A DNA stretch of 64,000 nt from an uncultured bacterium (GCA_937910685.1 CALEMP010000021.1:53428-117427); one strand, 5' to 3'; numbered from the stretch's first letter, positions 43,439 to 52,587 are shown. Translations and numbers: made by a program. Notes: generated from the letters alone by a model not told the origin.

Positions 43439-45843
43439 AGCGGAACCTTTCCGTCAATCGGGTAGCTCAACTGTGGCTTCAACGTGTTGCCACCAAATCC
43501 GACTATGAGAAGGAGGACGAGGAGGTCCGTCGACTCCAACGCCCCCCGCCCAAGAAAAAGCCGCCACGTCATGATCTGCGTCGTGAGACCATCAAGGAGG
43601 ATGACAAGGATACACGCACCCAAGGGGCGGACGAGGACAGGGACTTGTCTCTGAACTACAAGCGCATTGCCTCCATCGACAACCTCACCATCCGCTACCT
43701 CTTCGCACTGGATGACCGGGCGGCAAAGGCAACTCGCAAGCAGAAGGTCGATAAACTGGCACCGGGCAAGTACGACAACAAGACCAGCACCGGGAAGTGG
43801 CGCTCAAAGAATCAGGACGGCACCCAGAAGTACTTTGAGACCAAGGACGAGGCCGAAAAGTACGCTGAAACCAACGACCCCTCTAAGGAAGATAAGCCCG
43901 GCGGTGAGACCAAGGATCCCGACAAGCCTGCACCCGAGGAGAAGGGGGACAGCAAGCCTGAGAAGGAGGAACCTGAAGCCGATGACAAAGAGGAGGAACC
44001 TGAAGCTCCAGCCAAGCCTAAATCGAAGTCCCCACGACAACAACATCGGGAGGAACGTCAGAAGGGCTTAGATGACATGCGGGGGCAAATGAAATCCCTC
44101 TTCGGAGCCTTTGAGACCCCCGAGGAAAAGAAGCTCAAGGCAGAGAAGGCCACCCTCGACAAGCAAGCCGAAGTGGACAAGGCCACCAAGGAGAAGCTGG
44201 AGAACAAGCTCAAGCCCATCAAGGACTTGCACGCTCAAATCAAGAAGCTCGACGAGGAGATCAAGCTCAAGGACGACGACAAGTACAACGACCCCTACCG
44301 GAGCCGGGGTTACGGCGGTGGCAGTGGCGGTGATAGCCTCTCCGATATCTTTGATTCTGACGAGTATCAGGATGAGGCTATTGAGCCCGATGCGGACGAG
44401 AAGGACGCCGAACTCAAGAAGTTGATGATTGAGAAGGCGGACCTGGTTGCCACCATGAAGGAGGAGCTGCAAAAAGCTTCCAAGGAGCAAGAGGAACTCA
44501 AAGAGGTTGAAGCCCGGATGCAGATTAGCAAGGACCGGGGCTATGAGGTGGACGATAAGCTCCGTGACATGGGCGGTGGCTACAGCTACGGACGGGATGA
44601 GGATGAGTCCGCCACCTTCACGCTCAAGCAAGACGAGGCAGCGACACACGCCCGCAAAAGCTTTGAGTCAATGAGCGAGGCAGACCAGGTTGCAGCGGCG
44701 GCAGCTTATCGGGATGCCATCAAGACCATGACGGACGATTGGTCCGACAGCGGTCTCTCCGATGCCCATGTAAGCATGGCGGTGAAGGCCCTGAAGAAGC
44801 CTTTCGCCGGGGTGTCAAAAGCAAGCCCCGAAGAGCGTGGGCGGATGATGGCTGAGTATGCCTTCGCTCGTCGCTTCGTGTTGGACCCCGCTGTCGTGAG
44901 TGGTCATCCCGTATCCGACCAGGAAGAGTCCAGGGAGCAGATGGAGGCACGGGCGATAGCCTCTATGAAGGTCTACGACCGCATGACCCCGGAGCTTCGT
45001 GGTGAAGCTGCTGAAATGGTGTCCAAGCAGCTGGCTCAAGCAGACCCGGACAGTCCTGAATACTCTCAGTTAATGGCAGTGGCACACGGGCTGTACGTCG
45101 CTGCCTTGATGGTGGTGGATGAGGATGGTCGCCCGGAGTCCCTGGACATCAAAGATTCCAAGGGGGAGCGACTCTTCCCGGTACCTTCAGAGAAGGCGAG
45201 CGCCCTTGCTCGTACCTTGAAGAAGAATGGGGACGTGGGCCTGATGTTCGCCCCTCCTGGAAAGTTCTTCGAACCAGAAGGACGTGAGGCGGTTGGACGT
45301 GCCCTGGATTCCCTCAATGACAATCAGCTGAAGGATGCCGTATCTGATGACTGGAAGGAGATTCTGGACCTCCTCACCAGTGTGGATGAATACGGTTTGC
45401 CCGTGGTCAGTTCCGAGATCAGGAACTTCGTTCGGGGGTTTTTGAAGTCGGAAGCCATCAACGACATGACCACGGTGCAGGGGTTTGTGGAAGCTACCTG
45501 CAAGGCCAATGGCATCGACGACGTGAAGGCTATTTTTGAAGAGGGTCGCAAGATGCGGGGCGCTCTCAAGAACAATAAGGATCTGAAGGCTGACCGTGAA
45601 GCACTGCAGAAGTGTATCATGGAAGCTGGGGCGGACCAGGATAGCATTGATGCCTGCCACGAACAGGCCAAGGAACGTCAGGTCAAAGCCCTACAAGCGG
45701 TTCAGGATCACGTGGAAAAAACCTACGACAAACATCCTGACCCGACCGACCCTTCCGTGGCCAGAGCACGAGCTGCAGTGAAGAACAAAGATCCAGAAGC
45801 TCTAGATCTGAAACTCCAAGAGCCCGAAAAAGGGGCTGAATGA
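43435..45843 (+). CDS. 802-aa highly charged Lys/Glu/Asp-rich protein (internal virion or scaffold-like)
   Basis: GTG 43435 overlaps the TGA of the upstream gene. The N-terminus has 'NRVAQLWLQR'. Long low-complexity K/E/D tracts and coiled coils. Confidence 0.6.
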   Translation: MKRNLSVNRVAQLWLQRVATKSDYEKEDEEVRRLQRPPPKKKPPRHDLRRETIKEDDKDTRTQGADEDRDLSLNYKRIASIDNLTIRYLFALDDRAAKATRKQKVDKLAPGKYDNKTSTGKWRSKNQDGTQKYFETKDEAEKYAETNDPSKEDKPGGETKDPDKPAPEEKGDSKPEKEEPEADDKEEEPEAPAKPKSKSPRQQHREERQKGLDDMRGQMKSLFGAFETPEEKKLKAEKATLDKQAEVDKATKEKLENKLKPIKDLHAQIKKLDEEIKLKDDDKYNDPYRSRGYGGGSGGDSLSDIFDSDEYQDEAIEPDADEKDAELKKLMIEKADLVATMKEELQKASKEQEELKEVEARMQISKDRGYEVDDKLRDMGGGYSYGRDEDESATFTLKQDEAATHARKSFESMSEADQVAAAAAYRDAIKTMTDDWSDSGLSDAHVSMAVKALKKPFAGVSKASPEERGRMMAEYAFARRFVLDPAVVSGHPVSDQEESREQMEARAIASMKVYDRMTPELRGEAAEMVSKQLAQADPDSPEYSQLMAVAHGLYVAALMVVDEDGRPESLDIKDSKGERLFPVPSEKASALARTLKKNGDVGLMFAPPGKFFEPEGREAVGRALDSLNDNQLKDAVSDDWKEILDLLTSVDEYGLPVVSSEIRNFVRGFLKSEAINDMTTVQGFVEATCKANGIDDVKAIFEEGRKMRGALKNNKDLKADREALQKCIMEAGADQDSIDACHEQAKERQVKALQAVQDHVEKTYDKHPDPTDPSVARARAAVKNKDPEALDLKLQEPEKGAE

Positions 45844-45951
45844 ATCTCGTTTGGGTCTCTTTTTCGTTTGCCGTCCTATACACACTCCCATGTCTGGTAG
45901 AGGGCCAGTGCGCCCCTCCATGAACACCGCGTGGAACCCACGGAGGAAACA

Positions 45952-46668
45952 ATGTCCCGTATGACGAAGAAAGGCGCGCTGGCAGTCACCGCTGACCTCG
46001 ACAAACTCGCTACCCTGTTCCAAACCCATTGGGCTGCCATGGGCATCCCACAGCGAATCGCTTCGGATTTCGCATACCGCTGTGATCTCCTGTCAGACCA
46101 GGTTGACAAGTTCGCTGGCATCCAGCGTCAAGCCCTCACGGGCGACGATGTGATGAAGGAGCCCGGCTTTGACCCCGAAGAGATTGGGGAAGAGAAGAGA
46201 GGCCCCGAAGAGCAGGAAGGGGATGAGGGTTACATGGATCAGCACTTCTCCCAACAGGAGAATCGAGAGCTGACCGAGGCCCAGGTGGACGGTGAGCTTG
46301 GTCCTGACACGACCAAGGACGACCGACAGGTGCCACAGGCTGGTATCCAGGCGAGTGCGGTTCTTGCTGACCGTGCCGCCAAGGTGACCCGTGCCGCTGC
46401 TCTTGCTGCCAAGTCTGGAGACCCTGCCATCCAGTCGCTGGGCCAACCTCTTGCTCGTTTTGCAAGTGCGCTCTCCGCTCTGCAAACCAAGGCATTGAGT
46501 GGTGCCAAGGTGAATGGTGCAGCTACACGGGCGGTGCAGGCAGCAGATCATCTTCTGCCTGCATTGACTACGGTCAGCGCATCCTCCGTTCCGAAGATCA
46601 CTGAGATGGCTTCACTTGCAACGCGCGTTGCAAGTGGCGAGGGTGCCAAGGTCAACCTTCTCGGTTGA
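45952..46668 (+). CDS. hypothetical protein
   Basis: ATG 45952 lies 6 nt after GGAGGAA. 238 aa. Ala-rich C-terminal half ending '...ATRVASGEGAKVNLLG'. Confidence 0.5.
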   Translation: MSRMTKKGALAVTADLDKLATLFQTHWAAMGIPQRIASDFAYRCDLLSDQVDKFAGIQRQALTGDDVMKEPGFDPEEIGEEKRGPEEQEGDEGYMDQHFSQQENRELTEAQVDGELGPDTTKDDRQVPQAGIQASAVLADRAAKVTRAAALAAKSGDPAIQSLGQPLARFASALSALQTKALSGAKVNGAATRAVQAADHLLPALTTVSASSVPKITEMASLATRVASGEGAKVNLLG

Positions 46669-46684
46669 CCGGAGGTCGCTCCTT

Positions 46685-47332
46685 ATGGGTTCAGGTTCAG
46701 CTCGTCAATCCTATGTCGATTACCAACAGAGAGCTTCGGAGTTCTCTGTTGGTGACTCCGTGTACTACTCGATGGATGGTCAAAACCACATCGGGGGTGT
46801 CACAGCCGTGTACCCGGCCATAGGTATGATTGACGTGGAGTACCCTGATGGTAGTGTTCGTCTTCCGGTAGAGGACGTGACCCGCTACGAGTCCAAGGAC
46901 GTTATCCCTCCCGCACTTGAGCACGACAACGTACCGGGTGGGGCAGGGACCGTTCGGGTGCCCGGTGGACCCGTTCCCAGGGCAGCACGGGCCGAACTTG
47001 AAAGGCATGCCAACCGGGTAGCCCAAGCCTGGGTGAAGAAGTCACTCTATTGGGCAGGCAAGGACCGCAAGTACAAGGCAACCTCAGCCGAGATCGCAAG
47101 TGGGAGGTTCTCCTGTCCCAAGTGCAAGAATCACGTGGATGAGGATGAGCCTGTGTACCTTCGCCCCGCCAACTACAAGCGGAGCGAGGGTGTGAGTGAG
47201 CGCCTACTGGGTTGCCCAGAGTGCCTGTTCCTCATCAAGCGTTGTGACATCATCGGGCATCCAGAGTTTGTAGACCCGGATGCCCCCATGGATCCGTTGG
47301 CCCGACACCGTGTAGCTTCGGGGGTGCCCTGA
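46685..47332 (+). CDS. hypothetical protein with zinc-ribbon Cys pairs
   Basis: ATG 46685. 'CPKC...CPEC' and 'NRVAQAWVKK'. Confidence 0.5.
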   Translation: MGSGSARQSYVDYQQRASEFSVGDSVYYSMDGQNHIGGVTAVYPAIGMIDVEYPDGSVRLPVEDVTRYESKDVIPPALEHDNVPGGAGTVRVPGGPVPRAARAELERHANRVAQAWVKKSLYWAGKDRKYKATSAEIASGRFSCPKCKNHVDEDEPVYLRPANYKRSEGVSERLLGCPECLFLIKRCDIIGHPEFVDPDAPMDPLARHRVASGVP

Positions 47333-50265
47333 TGGCTTTCATGAAGTATGCACGGGCTTCCGTGGTGCACCCCCACATCGGGAAGACCGAATGGGCGAAG
47401 GTTCGGGTAGCTGCCAAGACCTCCAACGGAGATCTGAATGACAACCTGGTTGCCAGGGCGTCTGAGCTGTTAGGTAAGCCCTTCAACCCCAAGGACTTCT
47501 TGCTGACCCATGCGACCATCGTCGCTTCGGTCGACACGTTTGAGCCCACAGGGATCAAGACGGGTTCGGTCCTTGAAGGTGGCTTCCGGGTGAACAGGAA
47601 GTACGGTAACTTCCGAATCAAGGCGTCCTGCGACAAGTTCATAAACAACAACTTGGATTCCTGGGACCGGGACGTGCTCCTCAAGAGCTACCGCACCTTC
47701 GTCGGGGGTCATAACTTCTGCTTTGCACCGGGGACGCAGGTGCGTTTGGCAGATGGGTCATACAAACCCATTGAGGATGTGATTGTGGGGGATCTGGTGC
47801 TCACCCATATGGGTAGAGCCCGTAAGGTCACCAGGTTGTTCAAGCGTCTCTATGAGGGGGACATTCAGGCTGTTCAGATTGGGCGATTCAAGGATCCAAT
47901 TCTGGCGACAGGCAATCACCCCTTCCGAGCGTTGAGTGTTGAGGCTCCTCCCCTAGGTCGGTACAAGTCCGGGAAAGCGAAGTCGGCGCTACGTTACCGG
48001 AAAGATCAGATAGTCAAAGCTCTCCGTGGAGAGCAGGCAACCTTTGGCTCTAGCACCCCTGCTTTGCGGAAGGTCGTGGATGCCATGGGGTCTGGCCCAA
48101 TGACGAGGGCCGAAGTGTCCTCTTTGTTGGGTTGCGGGGATGCCGGTAGCTTGCTCAGGCAATACCCCAGGTATTTCGGTGTCAGGCCACTAGCCCAAGA
48201 TGAGAGGCCCAAGTTGCGGGGGCGTTCCCGACCCCGCAAGATGTGGTTCCTCAAAGACACTGCTCCTGAGATCCCCTCGCAAGAGGTGAGGATCATCCCT
48301 GAGTGGGTCAATGCAGGAGACCTGGGCACCACATCCTGGGTTCGGGGGCCGAATTGCAATACTGGATCAGTATCCTCTCTGAAGCGAGCCTCACTACTGG
48401 GCTACTATGCCGCAGAGGGGTGTCTCGCATGGGAGGGTAATGAGAACCCGGTTGCTGTTATTTTGAGTTTCGGTCCTCACGAACGAACTCTTGCCGAAGA
48501 TGCTCAAAAGTTGGCGGAGGACGTGTGGCCTGAAGCTACCGTAAAGATCCATCCGACGCAGACGTCTCTGCGGACAACAATCCGATCAAAGGCTGCAGCT
48601 GCCTGGTTCCAGAAGATGTGTGGTCATCTGGCCCACCTCAAGACGTTGCACCCTTCCGTACACGACTGGGACAGGGAAACTCAGCTTCAGTTGTTGGCTG
48701 CTTGGATGACTGGGGATGGGAACCTACACAAAGGTACCCTCCGACTCCGTGGAGCTTCTGTCTCACGGAAGCTGTCTGACCAGATGCAGTTGGTGGCCGA
48801 GCAGTGTGGTTTGAAGTCCTTCACGGTATTTGAGAAGCGCAACATCGGTGAGGTTGGCAGCCAAGTGCAGATGGTGGTCGGTGGAGAACCCCGAATTTTC
48901 GATGTGATCTCCCGCCACCACTGTTGGACGACCTACGTGTCTCGTTCGGATTGTACCGAAATTGTGTCTCGGTCGAAGCGGTGGGGGCCAGTTGTACCGG
49001 TATCCAACAAGAGCCAGGATCTGGCTTGGTGGGAGGGGGCTAGGCTATATCAGGTCACCAGCAACACAAGCATCCCCTATTCAGGTTATGTCCACAACAT
49101 CGAGGTCGAGGAGGATCACTCCTACGTTGTCGACCACGGGGTCTGTGTCCATAACTGCGAGCATGTTCAGGTAGAAGAACTGTCCAAGGGTCGCATCATA
49201 GACTCTGTAGCCCGCGACATTGGTGACAGTGTTTACACGGACATTCTCATTGCTACCGACCGGAAGCACAGAGATCTCGTCACCGCCATTGTGAATGGCA
49301 AGATGAGCACCCTGTCCATGGGGTGCAGCGTTGACGGCACTCAATGTACGAAGTGCGGGCACTGGGCTGCGGATGAGACAGAGATGTGCAACTGCGTTAA
49401 ATACGCAAAGGGCAACATCTTCTTCGACGAGAACGGCAACAAGCATCGGGTCGCGGAGCTTTGTGGTCACAAGAGCATAGGCCCGACTGGAGGGGTTCAG
49501 TTCATTGAGGCTAGTTGGGTTGCAACCCCGGCTTTCACGGGTGCGGTGCTCAGGAACATCCTGGAGCCTACCGAAAGTCAGTTTCGGCAGGTTCAGGCTA
49601 TCCTGAACACCCCACCACCTCAGTGGTCATCTGACACTCAGATGAAGGCTGCTTTCCTCACGGACTCCAGCTCTGCTTTTGGCTTCTCCTCTGGAAATGA
49701 CCTCCTGGCTGAGTCCAGTGATTTCTTTGCTGGGTGGCAGGATTCCGAAGAGCCTGCGGAAGATGCTGAGGCAAAACCCGCAGAGGAGCCTAACCCCTTC
49801 AAGGATATTGAAGAGGAGATGGTCACCTTCGTGTCCGACCGGGTGAAGAAGCGTCTGCAAGAGCAGATGAAGGGTGACGAAGCCGAGAAGGTTCTCAACC
49901 CTGAGACCCCAACCTCGACTAACGAGACTCTCGTCAAGGAAGGGTCAATTCTTCGCACTGCAACGGATGTCCTCATCCGTACGGCGACAACCAGAGCAGC
50001 CCTCGTGGATGGCATTGCTCAGTTGGCGCAGGCTGGTGGTATCAACATCCCTATCCGGGTCTATCGGGTAGCGGTGAAGATGGGATCTGCGGACTTTGCA
50101 GATCCCACTCGTTTTCAGGCTTGTCTAGCTTCACTGGGTCAGCCCTCTTCTGCTGAGATTCGGGTACTCCGTAAGCTTGGCAAGCTCATCGCACATTGGG
50201 AACGCCAGACCCAAGGTGCGAGTCATACTTTTCAATCTGGTAGTCGCCACAAGGAGACGCAATGA
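47332..50265 (+). CDS. intein-containing protein; extein resembles a T4 gp21-type (assemblin-fold) prohead protease with a long acidic C-terminal extension
   Basis: Spliced text: 'YRTFVGGHNF-CEHVQVEELSKGRIIDS...VYTDILIATDRKHRDLVTAIVNGKMSTLSMGCSV...VQFIEASWVATPAFTGAVL'. Compare gp21 '..GELNHP..VYGRARV..IRAGWIPGVSSRG..VDAVWGPSAPDAWV'. It lies between the portal and the scaffold/capsid genes. The protease call is tentative. Confidence 0.45.
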   Translation: MAFMKYARASVVHPHIGKTEWAKVRVAAKTSNGDLNDNLVARASELLGKPFNPKDFLLTHATIVASVDTFEPTGIKTGSVLEGGFRVNRKYGNFRIKASCDKFINNNLDSWDRDVLLKSYRTFVGGHNFCFAPGTQVRLADGSYKPIEDVIVGDLVLTHMGRARKVTRLFKRLYEGDIQAVQIGRFKDPILATGNHPFRALSVEAPPLGRYKSGKAKSALRYRKDQIVKALRGEQATFGSSTPALRKVVDAMGSGPMTRAEVSSLLGCGDAGSLLRQYPRYFGVRPLAQDERPKLRGRSRPRKMWFLKDTAPEIPSQEVRIIPEWVNAGDLGTTSWVRGPNCNTGSVSSLKRASLLGYYAAEGCLAWEGNENPVAVILSFGPHERTLAEDAQKLAEDVWPEATVKIHPTQTSLRTTIRSKAAAAWFQKMCGHLAHLKTLHPSVHDWDRETQLQLLAAWMTGDGNLHKGTLRLRGASVSRKLSDQMQLVAEQCGLKSFTVFEKRNIGEVGSQVQMVVGGEPRIFDVISRHHCWTTYVSRSDCTEIVSRSKRWGPVVPVSNKSQDLAWWEGARLYQVTSNTSIPYSGYVHNIEVEEDHSYVVDHGVCVHNCEHVQVEELSKGRIIDSVARDIGDSVYTDILIATDRKHRDLVTAIVNGKMSTLSMGCSVDGTQCTKCGHWAADETEMCNCVKYAKGNIFFDENGNKHRVAELCGHKSIGPTGGVQFIEASWVATPAFTGAVLRNILEPTESQFRQVQAILNTPPPQWSSDTQMKAAFLTDSSSAFGFSSGNDLLAESSDFFAGWQDSEEPAEDAEAKPAEEPNPFKDIEEEMVTFVSDRVKKRLQEQMKGDEAEKVLNPETPTSTNETLVKEGSILRTATDVLIRTATTRAALVDGIAQLAQAGGINIPIRVYRVAVKMGSADFADPTRFQACLASLGQPSSAEIRVLRKLGKLIAHWERQTQGASHTFQSGSRHKETQ
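47719..49155 (+). mobile_element. intein (479 aa) with LAGLIDADG homing-endonuclease domain
   Basis: aa 130-608. Starts 'CFAPGTQVRLADG' with block B 'TGNHPF'. LAGLIDADG motifs 'LLGYYAAEGCL' and 'LLAAWMTGDGNL'. Ends 'HGVCVHN' with the +1 Cys (49156-49158). Confidence 0.85.
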
Positions 50266-51803
50266 GCGCACATCGTCAGCGAATGACATGGGCAGCACGC
50301 CAGGCGGCTGCCCCTGCCGCGATCCCCGGTTATGGGGTCGAGGATCAGGATCACCCGGCTCACCAGCCCGATCCCTCACATGAAGACTACGCCAAGGGTG
50401 ACCCCTCAGCGTGGGCTGAAGATCCGCATCCTGCGCCGTATGGCGACAGTGGACCCCCGGCTCTTCCGGGTTACGGTGTTGAGGACCAGGACCACCCTGC
50501 ACATGGCGGGCAGGTTGGTCGTCAGGCTGGCCTCAAGGAGGCAGTGCGTCGGCGTGCAGCCAAGTGTCTCGTGATCGCACGGCACACCCTGGGCAAGACT
50601 GCCAGCACGGCGTCTATCGAGGAGCGAGCTTTCGGGCTGATGGACCTCTCGGACGCGAAGATCGAATCAGCCCTTCAGCGTATCGCTGGTCAGCGCAAGC
50701 AGGCTGGTGGGTTCTTCGCTGATGACCTCGACCTGATGGGCGAGGAGGATGACCTCTTCTCCGAAGACATGGACGACGACCTTCTCGGCTTTGACGATGA
50801 AGGTGACCTCTTTTCTGAGGATCTCCTCGGATGTGGGGACGACATGTACGGGGAGGAGGACGACGAAGCTCTTCTTGCTCGTTTTGCACGTCTGGAGCGA
50901 AAGGTTGCCCGGCTTCGTCGACAGGCAGACCAGAACGACCCTGACGGTGAGACCCTCACTCCTGATGCCAAGTCGGAGGACGAGGAGAAGGGCGAGGAGG
51001 CCAAGGCCAACAAGGCAGCATCGGTGTCCAAGGAGGCAGCATGGTTTGCTATCTCCGATGGCGACCGTGATGGTTTCGTGACCGCCCGTGAATGGCGTGG
51101 TTCCCGGAAGGCCTTTCTTGCCATGGACAAGGATCGCGACGGCATCCTCTCCTTCAGCGACATCCGACTGGCTGCCGATGAGGAAGCGGACGACGAGGAA
51201 GAAGAGACCGCCAGCAAGAAGGCATACGGTCACTTCTCTGATCTGGACGACGAGGAGATGGACATGCTCAGCGCGATGGGCGATGACATCTCCGCCTGTG
51301 GCGAGCCGATGGGCAGCATCTACGCATCCAAGAAGTCCGAGGACGAGGATGATGCCGACGCCGACGAGGGCGATGCCGACGAGGGCGACGAGGACGAGGA
51401 TTCCGACGAGGATGCCAGCAAGGAGGCGAGCTTCTTCGCTGGTCACGGTGACCCGATGGGTCTGTCTGAGGAGTCGGTCCTGACTGCCGCTGACGAAGCA
51501 GCCTTCGCCAACGTGTTCGGGCGCAACGCTTCGGATGATGAGGACGAGGACGAGGACGAGGAGGTCGCCAGCAAGAAGGCGAGCAAGAAGTCTGAGGACG
51601 AAGAGGCTGATGAGGACGAGGAAGAGGAGGTGGCAAGCAAGAAGGCCAGCCGCACCGCTTCTCGTCGCCCGCAGCCTCGCAAGAAGGCCGCTGGGGTTCG
51701 CACCTTGGGTAGCCTGTCCGGTGGTGGAAGCACCAAGGGTAGTGAGGTCGATGAGCTGTCCAAGCTCTGGGCGAGCGCCCCGGACGTGTCCGACGCCTTC
51801 TAG
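50262..51803 (+). CDS. acidic scaffold-like protein with an EF-hand pair
   Basis: 513 aa, immediately upstream of the decoration/capsid genes. Long Asp/Glu tracts, repeated 'VASKKAS', and two canonical EF-hand loops. Confidence 0.55.
   Translation: MSAHRQRMTWAARQAAAPAAIPGYGVEDQDHPAHQPDPSHEDYAKGDPSAWAEDPHPAPYGDSGPPALPGYGVEDQDHPAHGGQVGRQAGLKEAVRRRAAKCLVIARHTLGKTASTASIEERAFGLMDLSDAKIESALQRIAGQRKQAGGFFADDLDLMGEEDDLFSEDMDDDLLGFDDEGDLFSEDLLGCGDDMYGEEDDEALLARFARLERKVARLRRQADQNDPDGETLTPDAKSEDEEKGEEAKANKAASVSKEAAWFAISDGDRDGFVTAREWRGSRKAFLAMDKDRDGILSFSDIRLAADEEADDEEEETASKKAYGHFSDLDDEEMDMLSAMGDDISACGEPMGSIYASKKSEDEDDADADEGDADEGDEDEDSDEDASKEASFFAGHGDPMGLSEESVLTAADEAAFANVFGRNASDDEDEDEDEEVASKKASKKSEDEEADEDEEEEVASKKASRTASRRPQPRKKAAGVRTLGSLSGGGSTKGSEVDELSKLWASAPDVSDAF
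50325..50504 (+). repeat. two copies of a 13-aa repeat PGYGVEDQDHPAH
   Basis: Copies at 50325-50363 and 50466-50504. They are identical at the protein level and diverged at synonymous sites. Confidence 0.9.
51057..51161 (+). other. EF-hand pair (two 12-residue Ca-binding loops)
   Basis: 'DGDRDGFVTARE' and 'DKDRDGILSFSD'. Both fit D-x-D-x-D-G-x-(I/V)-x-x-x-(E/D). Confidence 0.7.
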
Positions 51804-51820
51804 ACCAAACACTTCCGATT

Positions 51821-51865
51821 GAAGGAGCCCCTCAAATACCATTGAGGGGCTCCTTCTCTTTGGTT
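51821..51865 (+). terminator. rho-independent terminator
   Basis: 15-bp perfect stem GAAGGAGCCCCTCAA / TTGAGGGGCTCCTTC, 6-nt loop, then TCTTTGGTT. It begins 18 nt after the stop codon. Confidence 0.75.
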
Positions 51866-51982
51866 CGACAGATCAAGCTCAATAGTTAGCTGATACCAAC
51901 CCCCCTTACAGATGATGCTGCTCCTTATGTCGAGGGGTGGTTTAACCAACGGCAACCAAGCCAGTAAACAGGGAGAAGGCGC

Positions 51983-52576
51983 ATGGCAACCCTTCTTGGA
52001 CAGGCAAGCGGTGGCTGGACGGAGTCTTCGTCGGCTCTTGAGGTGCTCCACGCGGGCATTTTCAATTCGACGGGAGTCCTGACGGACGACAGCTTCACTC
52101 AGAACAACCCTCCGCTGATTTCAGTGGGGATCACCAACCAGGTCGATCAAACGCTCAACGGCGTTCTGAGCGGCTCGGTCGCCTTCGCTCGCGGTGACGC
52201 AGGTGGCGGTGCGAACTTCATCGGTGGCCCGATTGCACCAGCCGTCACGGCTCGTCCTATCGGGGTCTTCCTCAACAACGCGAACGGCAACGCTTTCGAG
52301 AACACGCCGGGCACCGCGAGCGGGAAGAACACCTACATGAGCAGCCAGGGCACGTATGCCAACCGGCTGTTCGAAGACAAGAACATCGCCACTGCGGCGA
52401 TTCTGACCTACGCATGTGCGGATTTCTTGTTTGCGAGCCGCAATGGCTACCTGACCAACGTGGTTGCTGACAACAACCGCATGGAGCAGATCGCCACCGG
52501 CATCACGACTATCGGCCTCCTCAAGATGCCGCCTGACTCAACCCAGAACTTCCTGGTCTACGACCAGCGCATCTGA
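51983..52576 (+). CDS. hypothetical head protein (decoration protein by position)
   Basis: 197 aa, Gly/Asn/Thr-rich, high GC3, directly upstream of the capsid gene. Confidence 0.5.
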   Translation: MATLLGQASGGWTESSSALEVLHAGIFNSTGVLTDDSFTQNNPPLISVGITNQVDQTLNGVLSGSVAFARGDAGGGANFIGGPIAPAVTARPIGVFLNNANGNAFENTPGTASGKNTYMSSQGTYANRLFEDKNIATAAILTYACADFLFASRNGYLTNVVADNNRMEQIATGITTIGLLKMPPDSTQNFLVYDQRI

Positions 52577-52587
52577 CGGAGGAATCA

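Noticed and set aside
37130-45865. Shared 9-mer ATCTCGTTT immediately after the stops of the portal gene (37132-37140) and of the 802-aa gene (45846-45854)
   Set aside because: There are only two copies of a 9-mer, which could arise by chance in 64 kb. No associated hairpin is common to both. It is noted but not considered a supported element.
50667-51842. 391-aa minus-strand ORF and other frames across the acidic protein gene
   Set aside because: It is antisense to GAG/GAC-rich repeats, giving Leu/Val/Ser-rich nonsense. The + frame has EF-hand loops and sits in the head module.
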